A stretch of 64,000 bases of DNA from Myxococcales bacterium (GTDB lineage Bacteria; Myxococcota; UBA727; JABDBI01): contig CANFCB010000002.1 of NCBI GenBank assembly GCA_947445025.1, positions 18,802 to 82,801 on the forward strand, written 5' to 3'. This document shows, piece by piece, positions 45,043 to 53,869 of the stretch (the first letter of the stretch is position 1; every line of letters begins with the position of its first letter). The position numbers and the translations under genes are program-made. The notes beneath the pieces were generated by a model. It did not search any database. It was given only the letters and a program-made list of their open reading frames with translations, and was not told where the DNA came from.

Positions 45043-46106
45043 TTTGCTAAACTCAAATGAAGAGGGGGGTTATGGAAAATTTCCTGTGAAGGCGGCCCCA
45101 TACACGCCAAAGCAGTTTGTGCCTTGAGATCCATGACCAGGGCGCCGCAGGTTGCCACAGAGTGGCCAAGCTCTGGCTTAGGAGCAAGCGAGACATGGCC
45201 GAACAATTCGTACATATCGTTGCTTGAAGAAATTGGAGTATGGGGAAGTCGTTTTTCCAATTCCTGGTAGCGTGAATAGGTTGTAGAAGTTGATTTGACG
45301 GTGTGAGTTAATTGCATTTCCGCATCAAGGCAGTGATTGGTGTGAAAATGGGTTTTGTTACTTCCACGCTGGGTGATTTTCTTTTTGGTGCCGCTGGTTT
45401 CAATACCAAAAAAATCCTGTTTATCGGCGACGCAATAATGATGTCCTGACCCCAGTGACGCTTGTAAAATCAAATCGCAGCCTTGCTTAGCGCTGCTTTG
45501 TTTGAGAACTTTGCGTACCAGAGCAGGCCACACAATTCCAATTTTGGCATCGGTACTGTTAAGATTATTGATGCAAATGCCCACCGCATGATTATTCATG
45601 CCCGTCATGCCAAGGCAGCCAGCGATGCTGAAAAGCAGAATATCAGTTTCTCTGTTTCTTATTTTTAGTATCACAACATGGTCAATCGCTGAGCTGTCGA
45701 TATCCCATGTTTGTCCAAGCAAAGGGCCGCTTGCTGCTTTGCTATAAATAACCGAACAACCTTTGGCATCATCGCCGTCGCGGTGAAAATGGTTGGGACG
45801 TAAATCACGCAGATCAGTGTAATGGTTTAGTACAACAATCTCTTCAGGGCTAAGTCCGCTGCCTTCTGCTATACCCAATACTTCCAAGTATAGATCTTCG
45901 TCAAAGTCTTTCAAGATGGGCAGGTGGGCGCTGGCTATTTCTAAAACCTGCTTTTCAGAAGGAAAAGCCGCGTCTGTGCACATAAGCTCAAGGCGGATTT
46001 GTGCCATAGCGCGAACTTGATTGCGCAGGGTTTCTCCGTGAATTTGTCCGCAGCGTCGCGGATTGCTACTGTCTAATGCGAGTATAGGTGGTTTAGGATA
46101 TGGCAT
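45039..46106 (-). CDS. peptidase C45 / acyl-CoA:6-aminopenicillanic-acid acyltransferase-like Ntn hydrolase
   Basis: R(C)G..HGE is found near the N-terminus. The putative autoprocessing nucleophile is in DDAKGCSVIY. GQTWD and HTNHC motifs are present. An ATGA overlap links it to the downstream aminotransferase. Confidence 0.7.
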   Translation of the reverse strand: MPYPKPPILALDSSNPRRCGQIHGETLRNQVRAMAQIRLELMCTDAAFPSEKQVLEIASAHLPILKDFDEDLYLEVLGIAEGSGLSPEEIVVLNHYTDLRDLRPNHFHRDGDDAKGCSVIYSKAASGPLLGQTWDIDSSAIDHVVILKIRNRETDILLFSIAGCLGMTGMNNHAVGICINNLNSTDAKIGIVWPALVRKVLKQSSAKQGCDLILQASLGSGHHYCVADKQDFFGIETSGTKKKITQRGSNKTHFHTNHCLDAEMQLTHTVKSTSTTYSRYQELEKRLPHTPISSSNDMYELFGHVSLAPKPELGHSVATCGALVMDLKAQTALACMGPPSQEIFHNPPLHLSLAK

Positions 46107-49100
46107 GATTTAAAATCTCAAACCCGCGGTGCATTTCTTCTTTAGATACGTTAATGGCAGGACAGATAACAATACGATGGTTGCAGCCTAGGCCTAATTG
46201 TAAACCCGAAGCCGCGGCTTTTTTAATAACATGTTGGCATTGGTCTTGACTTTTCATGGTAAGTGTATGCCACAGTCCTTGACCGTGTCGAGGTAAAGGC
46301 CAATTGATTTGCCTAATCATATTTTCAAAATTAGTAGCATAGTTGGTTTTGAGGCATTCGTTAGCAACCAGTAAATGTTGATAGGTTCTCTTCATGGATA
46401 TTTCGTCGCCATCCCAGGTGGAAATCAAGGTGAGTGGTGTGGGGACGTAGTGCTGATGATCGACGAAGACGTGGCCTAGCTGAGCACCGGCATACCACCA
46501 AACCATGTTCGGTTTTACCAAGAGGCTGTCACTTTTAAAAATAGTTTTGCCACTTCTACCAAAAGCAGAAGCGGTCTCCACAAAAATAAGTGGCACAGAT
46601 GTTTCTTGTCGAATGGTATTTAGGCCATTTAAAAAATTATCGGAAACAAGGTACCCGCTTTTTTCTCCGATGAGTTCAATCACAATTCCTAAAATGCGAT
46701 CGCTCGAATAGCGCTTAATTTGGTTTCTAATTTCTGCTAAACTAGTGGCATCACTAGATTCAACCGGATGTTGAACTTTGGGCCAATCAAACCAGGTGAA
46801 GGGATTTTGATAATCACTTTCATCGCTGATACTTCTGGCTGCCGCAGTAGTGTGACCAACATATTGTCGTTTGAGTCCAATTACCACGTCACCAGCAGGC
46901 CTGCTAACTCTTAAAGATCTAAGACCTTTATCGACGACTTCGTCGCGACCAGATGTAAAGTAAGTATGCTGACAAGCTTTGGGCATGAGGCGTTTTAAGA
47001 GTTCAGCATAACGCACAAGGCTCGGGGTAACCCAATTAGAAAGTGTAAGTTTAGTGGCCACTGCCGATGTAAACATGCCATTTTCTATCGCTGCTTGTAT
47101 CTTTGGAGATTGCAGTCCTAAAGGCGCTTGAATAGAAGACGACCAGTCAATTACCTGCTTCGATATTGCCGCTAAGCTTTTAGCTAGAGCGCACCTAGGA
47201 TTTCTGAGGGGGATACGATAGTAAAGTGCCTTGCCGCCAGTATCGCCGTACTGATTCTGGTAAATAGCGACAGTATGTGCACCAAAAAATTGATTAATGC
47301 GGCTAATTTCTGGTGTAAAACCAACCCGATTACGGCCGGTCATAAAGTCGTATCTATAAGAGCCATCCACTTTTTTCATGGATCTCGCCAGATTTACCTG
47401 AGCTGATTTTAGCTTAAACCCAAAACCTTGTTTGCGTAATTCTTTACTGATAACTACGTTGGCAGAATAAAAAGTGTTATCAAGGCCGCGCATTTTGTCT
47501 TGCAAAGGACCATCTGTATGGCAGTGCTCAAGCGGTCCACCAATGGCGAAGCCTAAAATTTGCTTGCCATCAGGTGTTTTTTTAATCAGGATAAGACCAA
47601 GGCTGTCTTTTTGTGCAATAAATTCTTTTAAAAAACCCATGGAATCGCGACGTCCTAGCTCGTAAGTAGCATCTTCTAAATTTTTTATTTGATCTTGGTG
47701 CTCAGGCCAAGAATCCAAAGTCAAAACTTCAATGGCGAAGTCTTTTTCATCATGTCGTAAACTAAAAATCCCCCCACCACCTTTTTCTAAGGGGGAATTT
47801 GGCGGTGAGAGGGGGATCCAATCAGGAGCAACTTGGTCTGGGTTATTTTGTAAGAAGAGCAAGGCTTGTTTTAAGTTGTCGAAGAAGACGCTTAATTCTT
47901 TAGCAGTTGTCGACAAATTAAAACGAAAGCGCACTGTTTTTTCGCCGGCAATGTAAACCATAAAACCACGGTAGAAGCGCTGGTTGATGATTTGCATGGC
48001 AAGTGCGTGAGAGGGTAAATCAAAAGCAAAAGCATAGCCTTGATGACGGACATTAAGCACCAAATCGGGAAATTGTCTTGTTAAATCGAAAGTCTGCTTT
48101 TCAATTTCTAATTTTAAATTAGCCAAAAGCGCTTGTTGCTCCAGCATGGCTAGTCCTTGCAAGTATCCTCGAATAATTTGCACAACATGGGGCGCTGTAG
48201 GTCTTGAGTCTTTCCAGACCGATAAGCAAACACCAAGCTGCGCTTTTTTAGCTAGTGTGATGCAGTCGGGTCCGTCGAGGTTGCCGGCAGCATCGCGTAA
48301 TTGAAAATCGCTGTGGGCATAAAAAGGTCCGAGTAAACCAAATCCAGTTTGCACCTCGTCAAAGATGAGCGGCACTTTAAGGGCCCTTGTCAAAGCACGC
48401 AGACCATTAAAGAAACGCTTGCTTGCATAATTGTCGCCGCCTTCACACTGCATGGGCTCAATGATGACGGCGCAAATGTCGCCTTTTTGAATTTCGCTTT
48501 TTAGGCATTGCAAAGAATCAATTTCGGCTTGCAGTAAGGGGTCATGCGGCAAAGCTTGCGGACGTTCAGCTTTTGACCAGGCGGCAATCCATTCATAGGT
48601 AATCTCGGGTTCGTTTTCAAAATCACTTCGTTTGGGAAAAGGAATGAACGTCGCCTGGTAACCTATGAACTCAAACTGAGCGCGTTTTTGTGGATTGTAA
48701 GTTGCCTGCAAGGACATCAAGGTGCGACCATGAAAACTGCCCTCAAAAGCAATGATGCGCTTTCCTCCAGGTCCATTAAGCCTGCAAAGATCGAAGGCTT
48801 TTTCATTTGCTTCGGCGCCTGCCGAGGTAAAAGTTGCATGCTGTATGCTGGGACCTGCTTGTTGCAGCAAAAATTGCGAATATTTTTCTATCCATATTTT
48901 TGCCTCTGCGCTGTTTTCTGAATTGGCCAGTAAGCTTGCGGTTAAATCGCCTTCGGTGAGTGCCTTCAGATAGGGGTCTGCCTGAAAACCTAATCCCAGC
49001 GAGGCGATTTGGCTGGCGGCATCAAAAATAACCAACGGATCAGCATCGATGGAAGCAAGAAACGCTCCTTTGGAAATCCGCAAATCAATCACAGGTGTTT

Positions 49101-50907
49101 TCTTTTCCTTGGGAAGAAAATCGTCCTGATAAAGACGGCGCAGCATGGCTGTTGAGCGCGGAAATTTTTCAGAAGTTGGAATATTAATTTGAGCAGCAAA
49201 CGGTTTGATTAAAGAAACGAAACTGTCGTCATGTAACTTTTTTAAAAAAGCGCTCATATCGCGTAAAAAGACTTCAAGCTGGCTTTCTTCGGGAAGAGTG
49301 ATAACCGAATTCTTTTCACAAAATATCGACGCCCCACGAACGTCCTCGATGGGGATCTGGTAATTTTCCAGCATTTCCTCTAAAGCATGGCGCGCTACCA
49401 GTGTTGATAGCGAAATGTCGAGATTGTTTTTTTCTTTCTCAAGTAAATCTACCATGTTGGTAGGTACTTGAGTATGGCCGTATTCTAAATAGTTTACCGC
49501 GACCGGAAAAGTTGTGTAGCGAACCGCGTCGATGCCAGCCGCACGCTGGTTTCCGCTTTTACCCACACCGCCAAAGGGTTGTTCTCCATAGGCGCCATTG
49601 GTACTTCTATTCCAATTTAAAACACCGGAACGTGTTTGTTGATAATACCGCTCAAAGAAAGCCTTGTTTGCGGTAAAAACAGCATTGGATAAACCGTATG
49701 CGCTTTGGTTGGTTTTATTAATAGCCTCGTCAATGCCATCAATAATTTCAATGCATATGTCTGGGCCAAAGAGTTCGATGTCTAGGTATCCGGTGGCTGC
49801 TTGGCCTTTGCCTAAGTGTAGCGACGGCTCAACAAAAGCACCGCCACCCAGAAATTGACTTTTGACTAAAACTTCACAGCCGGAGCTTTCGGCATTTTTT
49901 AAGAGGCTGGTGAATCTGTCTTTGGCTGCTAGGCTTGCTAGTGGACCAAAAATAGTTTGAGCATTGGTTGGATCTCCAGGTTTTAAACTTTTAACAATTT
50001 TGACCAACGAATTAATAAAGCGATCAGCGACGGTTTTATCGACAAGGACACGACTGGTGGCTGTGCATCGTTGCCCCGTAGTCAAAAAGGCGCCTTGAGT
50101 AATTTCTGCCAGCGCTTGGTAGAGGTCGGCATCTTTTAAAACTACAGCAATGTTTTTACCGCCCATTTCCAGTGCTAACATTTTATGGGGTTCATCGAGG
50201 ATGGACTCGGCGAGCGCTCGACCGGTGGCATAACTTCCCGTAAATAAAATACCGCTAATCAAAGCATGCTTTGCTAGAGCTTTGCCTATATCGGCTTTGC
50301 CTTGGACTAGATTAAAAACACCGGCAGGAAAATTGGCTTCGTGAATACAGTCGGCATAGATTTCACCCACCCAAGGACAAATCTCGCTAAATTTAACCAC
50401 GACAGTATTGCCGGTAATTAGTGCCGGAATAACATGAGCATTGACGAGGTGTGCGGGAAAATTATAGGGGCCCAATACTGCCAAGACACCTTGCGCATGA
50501 TAGCGTGTTTCTCCCAGTATTCCTGCGGGTTTCTCGTTGCTCACACGCTTGATGCCGTGATTGGCCATGAGATCGATGCGCGCACTTAAATTTTTTGCTT
50601 CGCTTAAACTTTCACTTAAAACCTTCCCCATCTCGCTGGTAATGGCATGGGCCATTTGCTTTTCCTTTTGGACAAAAGCAGCTTTTAGACGCATCAGGCA
50701 GTTGAGGCGATCTGTCATGTCTAATGCGGACCAATGTGGCATGGCTTGGTGTGCAGATTTTACGGCGAGGTCGACATGAGCAAGTGCCGTTTTTGTTGTA
50801 AACACAGGCGAATAATCAGTAGCAGGATTAACACTGACAATTTCGCACTCGTCAGCATTCACAAACTGACCGTTAATAAAGTTGCCTTTTCCTCGATGAA
50901 TGGTCAT
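46093..50907 (-). CDS. 1604-aa four-domain fusion: AstD-like aldehyde dehydrogenase, class III aminotransferase, GNAT acyltransferase, degenerate class III aminotransferase-like domain
   Basis: aa 1-490 are colinear with succinylglutamate-semialdehyde dehydrogenase (GVLAVLGPYNFPAHL, LALEMGGKN, TTGQRCTATSR, GVLNWNR, PFGGVGKSGN). aa ~590-1010 form an aminotransferase (TSAGAEANEKA, GSFHGRT, IFDEVQTGFG, ITLAKKAQLG). aa ~1040-1195 form a GNAT (LRKQGFGFKL). aa ~1200-1604 resemble an aminotransferase but read IFVETASAFGRSGK and VWWYAGAQLG. Confidence 0.8.
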   Translation of the reverse strand: MTIHRGKGNFINGQFVNADECEIVSVNPATDYSPVFTTKTALAHVDLAVKSAHQAMPHWSALDMTDRLNCLMRLKAAFVQKEKQMAHAITSEMGKVLSESLSEAKNLSARIDLMANHGIKRVSNEKPAGILGETRYHAQGVLAVLGPYNFPAHLVNAHVIPALITGNTVVVKFSEICPWVGEIYADCIHEANFPAGVFNLVQGKADIGKALAKHALISGILFTGSYATGRALAESILDEPHKMLALEMGGKNIAVVLKDADLYQALAEITQGAFLTTGQRCTATSRVLVDKTVADRFINSLVKIVKSLKPGDPTNAQTIFGPLASLAAKDRFTSLLKNAESSGCEVLVKSQFLGGGAFVEPSLHLGKGQAATGYLDIELFGPDICIEIIDGIDEAINKTNQSAYGLSNAVFTANKAFFERYYQQTRSGVLNWNRSTNGAYGEQPFGGVGKSGNQRAAGIDAVRYTTFPVAVNYLEYGHTQVPTNMVDLLEKEKNNLDISLSTLVARHALEEMLENYQIPIEDVRGASIFCEKNSVITLPEESQLEVFLRDMSAFLKKLHDDSFVSLIKPFAAQINIPTSEKFPRSTAMLRRLYQDDFLPKEKKTPVIDLRISKGAFLASIDADPLVIFDAASQIASLGLGFQADPYLKALTEGDLTASLLANSENSAEAKIWIEKYSQFLLQQAGPSIQHATFTSAGAEANEKAFDLCRLNGPGGKRIIAFEGSFHGRTLMSLQATYNPQKRAQFEFIGYQATFIPFPKRSDFENEPEITYEWIAAWSKAERPQALPHDPLLQAEIDSLQCLKSEIQKGDICAVIIEPMQCEGGDNYASKRFFNGLRALTRALKVPLIFDEVQTGFGLLGPFYAHSDFQLRDAAGNLDGPDCITLAKKAQLGVCLSVWKDSRPTAPHVVQIIRGYLQGLAMLEQQALLANLKLEIEKQTFDLTRQFPDLVLNVRHQGYAFAFDLPSHALAMQIINQRFYRGFMVYIAGEKTVRFRFNLSTTAKELSVFFDNLKQALLFLQNNPDQVAPDWIPLSPPNSPLEKGGGGIFSLRHDEKDFAIEVLTLDSWPEHQDQIKNLEDATYELGRRDSMGFLKEFIAQKDSLGLILIKKTPDGKQILGFAIGGPLEHCHTDGPLQDKMRGLDNTFYSANVVISKELRKQGFGFKLKSAQVNLARSMKKVDGSYRYDFMTGRNRVGFTPEISRINQFFGAHTVAIYQNQYGDTGGKALYYRIPLRNPRCALAKSLAAISKQVIDWSSSIQAPLGLQSPKIQAAIENGMFTSAVATKLTLSNWVTPSLVRYAELLKRLMPKACQHTYFTSGRDEVVDKGLRSLRVSRPAGDVVIGLKRQYVGHTTAAARSISDESDYQNPFTWFDWPKVQHPVESSDATSLAEIRNQIKRYSSDRILGIVIELIGEKSGYLVSDNFLNGLNTIRQETSVPLIFVETASAFGRSGKTIFKSDSLLVKPNMVWWYAGAQLGHVFVDHQHYVPTPLTLISTWDGDEISMKRTYQHLLVANECLKTNYATNFENMIRQINWPLPRHGQGLWHTLTMKSQDQCQHVIKKAAASGLQLGLGCNHRIVICPAINVSKEEMHRGFEILNHAIS

Positions 50908-50930
50908 GAGTCACCTCAATTAAATTGAAA

Positions 50931-51971
50931 TTATTTGATCCATCTTGCCTTAATTTTGTTCGTGCTGTTATCTGAGGCTGTGCGTATTATCTCTTCGTTG
51001 ACCTTATTAAAATATTTATTATCAAAACTGGCGAATAAGAATGCGTAGTGCTCCCCGGCAAGCAAGGTGCTCAAGAGAATTGCCTGTGTTTCGTGGTGAT
51101 CTTTAATATAGTAACGTAGCAGTGCTTTATCGTAGACAATAGCGTATACTGTATCGTTTTCCAATTGAGAAAAGGCATTATCCATTGTATTCGCTAGGTA
51201 ATTGATTGTGTTAAAATCTTCATTGACTAAATCCGCGATGGCTTGATCCGCAACGACAACTTTTTTCCCATTTAACGACTGACCGATAAAGTTTTCCTGG
51301 GTGTTTTCTGTGTGTGTAAAAAAAGAGGTAAGGCTGGCAATAATCGATGCGTAAAGTAAACATCCAAACACCATCCATAGGCTGGCAACGATGCGCCCTT
51401 TCCAGTAAGCAGGAAATTTCATATAGCCATTGGTTGTCAATGTGGAAAGAGTAAACCAGATGCCTTCTGAAATGGCATCTTTAGGGTTAGCATGGAATTG
51501 TTCATTATTGGCTTTACGTTCAAAAGTCCAAATCAAAAATGCAGTCAGAAGAAAGAATAAAACTAAGATTATGGCGTAAAAAAAGAAATTTTTCCCAATA
51601 ATGTTCTTAACATGCTGCCAGTATGTGTGAGATTTTTGTAAGGTAGCAGCCCCCAGTTGCACGCGGTGATAAGGCTGGGTATAGGCAAAATTTTTGGCCA
51701 ACTCAGGCGTAACAGCAATCGGGCCAACTAGTAAGTCGACACTATGATCTTTGAGGGCTTGCAAAGCTTGCTCTAGACTGTCAAAATTCTTGAATTCGGT
51801 TTTTAGTTGCAGCCGTTCGGCAATGATGTTCCATAAACCGATGCTAAATCCGGTGACCTGGTTCTCTTTCCAGATTACATAAGGCGGATCGCCGATAGTC
51901 CCAACTTTTATTTGCTCTGAATTAGCGACAAAAGAAACAAATAAACATGAAAACAATAAAAAAAAGCGCAT
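50931..51971 (-). CDS. GluR0-like ligand-gated ion channel: periplasmic-binding-protein lobes interrupted by a 2-TM K-channel-like pore
   Basis: After the signal peptide, the S1 lobe is IKVGTIGDPPYV...DLLVGPIAVTPELAKNFAYTQPY. M1 is FFFYAIILVLFFLLTAFLIWTF. The pore is EGIWFTLSTLTTNGYMKF. M2 is IVASLWMVFGCLLYASIIASL. The S2 lobe is GKKVVVADQAIADLV...YAIVYDKALLRYY. The ORF track uses GTG 51986, which forms a GTGA overlap with the upstream stop. Confidence 0.75.
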   Translation of the reverse strand: MRFFLLFSCLFVSFVANSEQIKVGTIGDPPYVIWKENQVTGFSIGLWNIIAERLQLKTEFKNFDSLEQALQALKDHSVDLLVGPIAVTPELAKNFAYTQPYHRVQLGAATLQKSHTYWQHVKNIIGKNFFFYAIILVLFFLLTAFLIWTFERKANNEQFHANPKDAISEGIWFTLSTLTTNGYMKFPAYWKGRIVASLWMVFGCLLYASIIASLTSFFTHTENTQENFIGQSLNGKKVVVADQAIADLVNEDFNTINYLANTMDNAFSQLENDTVYAIVYDKALLRYYIKDHHETQAILLSTLLAGEHYAFLFASFDNKYFNKVNEEIIRTASDNSTNKIKARWIK

Positions 51972-51982
51972 CAAAATATCCC

Positions 51983-52342
51983 TCACCTAGCCGAAATGAG
52001 TTTTCCAAAGATGGAACTGACGATGCTGACCATTAAAGCACCTAAGAAAGTGGCCCAAAAGCCGTTCACGGTAAAACCAAATCCCATTTCATGGCCCAAA
52101 TAACCGGCAAACCAAAACATAATCATGTTGGCAATCAAAAGCCACAAACCAAGTGTTAGGAAAACAAAAGGAAAAGTGAAAAATTTAAAGATGGGACCGA
52201 TGACGGTGTTGACCAGGCCGGCAACAACGGCAATGAACACTATATCCCATCTGCTTTGAGCAGCAGTGGTAATTCCTGGAACCACGAGGATAGCGGCAAA
52301 AAAACCAGCAGCATTTACTAACCAACGCGCAAAAAATTTCAT
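51983..52342 (-). CDS. DUF360/YvlD-type (phage-holin-4-like) small membrane protein
   Basis: Four-TM pattern: LVNAAGFFAAILVVPGI..., VAGLVNTVIGPIFKFFTFPFVFLTLGLWLLIANMIMFWFAGYL. An RBS (ggag) lies 6 nt before ATG 52342. Confidence 0.65.
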   Translation of the reverse strand: MKFFARWLVNAAGFFAAILVVPGITTAAQSRWDIVFIAVVAGLVNTVIGPIFKFFTFPFVFLTLGLWLLIANMIMFWFAGYLGHEMGFGFTVNGFWATFLGALMVSIVSSIFGKLISAR

Positions 52343-52352
52343 ATAATCTCCA

Positions 52353-52751
52353 CTATTTAGTATGCTGCCCAAGATAGCGTGCATAGGCGACACTGTCCAT
52401 AAGTTCGTCTAGATGCTCAGGTTGTTTGATGAGGATTTTAATCATCCAAGCTTTTTCATAAGGATCTTGGTTGATGTCTTCAGGGTGATTGACCAAGGCT
52501 TCGTTTACCGCTACAACAACGCCAGCCAAAGGCGAAAATAAATCACTGACAGCCTTCACGCTTTCAACAGTGCCAAAAATTTTATCTTTCTCGACGGTTT
52601 TTCCTATTTCAGGCAATTCCAGGTAAACCACGTCTCCTAGCTGTTGTTGGGCATGATGGGTAATGCCTATGGTAACGACGTTGTCATCTTGTGCTGAAGC
52701 CCATTCATGTTCTTTGGTGTACTTTAAGTGAGCTGGTATATGTGCCGTCAT
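52353..52751 (-). CDS. gcvH: glycine cleavage system H protein
   Basis: YTKEHEWA, ITHHAQQQLGDVVYLELPEIG and the lipoyl-Lys context VESVKAVSDLFSP are present. An ATGA overlap links it to gcvT. Confidence 0.95.
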   Translation of the reverse strand: MTAHIPAHLKYTKEHEWASAQDDNVVTIGITHHAQQQLGDVVYLELPEIGKTVEKDKIFGTVESVKAVSDLFSPLAGVVVAVNEALVNHPEDINQDPYEKAWMIKILIKQPEHLDELMDSVAYARYLGQHTK

Positions 52752-53854
52752 GATAACTCCTTGGTGGCTTTCTTATAAAAAGGGATAGGGACGATTTGTG
52801 CAGGAATCAGCTGCCCTCTTATATCAACAGCAACTTCTGTTCCAGGGTGCATGAAAGTACCGTTAACGTAGCCAAGTGCGATGGCTTGATTCAAGTAGGG
52901 AGTTTGTGTGCCCGAAGTGACGATGCCAATGCGTTCTCCGGTTTTTGCGTGAATGCTGTAACCATGACGCGCAATTCCTTTTCCGATAACGCGTAGGCCA
53001 CAAAGTTTTTTTGCAATGCCGTTTAATTTTTGTTTCTGCAGCGCATCCTGACCTATGAAAGGGATAGTCTTGTTTAATTTAACAACAAAGTCGAGGCCTG
53101 CTTCTAAAGGTGTGGTGTCCTCGTCAATATCGTTTCCGTAAAGACACATGCCGGCTTCAAGCCTCAATGTGTCTCTGGCCGCGAGTCCACAGGGTATTAC
53201 GCCCCATAGCGCTCCAACTTTTAGGAGTGCTTCCCAGACTAGAGCGGCATCTCTTGCTGGCACATAAAGTTCAAAGCCATCTTCTCCAGTATAGCCAGTG
53301 CGTGCAATAATGGCATCTGTAGTTTGCAGTTCCAGATGCAGTTTTCCCTCGACAAAATGATAGCGCTTGAGAAAACCCAGCTCTTTTTGGCTAAGCGCAG
53401 CCACTAAATCAAGGGCACGAGGACCCTGAACCGCGATTTGCGCAAAATCATCACTGACATCTTTGGCGTAACTGCAATTTTCACGAATCCAGTTGAAATC
53501 TTTTTCTCGATTAGAAGCGTTAACGCAAATTAAAAATTTCTCAGCAGAAAACTTGCAAGCCACGACATCGTCGATAATTTTTCCCTCGGTGTTTAACATG
53601 GCAGCATAAAAAGCTTGGCCATTTTGCATTTTAGTAGCGTCGTTAGTTAAAAGGCGGTTGATATCTTCTTCTGCCAGAGGGCCCGCTATTAAAATTTCTC
53701 CCATATGGCTGACATCAAATAATCCGACTTTTTCGCGCACCGCCATGTGCTCGACTTTGTCGCCGCTATAACGTACCGGCATTTCGAAACCGCCGAAGTC
53801 TGTCATTTGTGCGCCCAAGCGAATATGACAATCATAAAGAGGGGTGCGCTTCAT
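52748..53854 (-). CDS. gcvT: glycine cleavage system T protein (aminomethyltransferase)
   Basis: MKRTPLYD...GAQMTDFGGFEMPVRY, DVSHMGE and ARTGYTGEDGFE are present; 368 aa. Confidence 0.95.
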   Translation of the reverse strand: MKRTPLYDCHIRLGAQMTDFGGFEMPVRYSGDKVEHMAVREKVGLFDVSHMGEILIAGPLAEEDINRLLTNDATKMQNGQAFYAAMLNTEGKIIDDVVACKFSAEKFLICVNASNREKDFNWIRENCSYAKDVSDDFAQIAVQGPRALDLVAALSQKELGFLKRYHFVEGKLHLELQTTDAIIARTGYTGEDGFELYVPARDAALVWEALLKVGALWGVIPCGLAARDTLRLEAGMCLYGNDIDEDTTPLEAGLDFVVKLNKTIPFIGQDALQKQKLNGIAKKLCGLRVIGKGIARHGYSIHAKTGERIGIVTSGTQTPYLNQAIALGYVNGTFMHPGTEVAVDIRGQLIPAQIVPIPFYKKATKELS

Positions 53855-53869
53855 ACTTAATCCTAAGTT

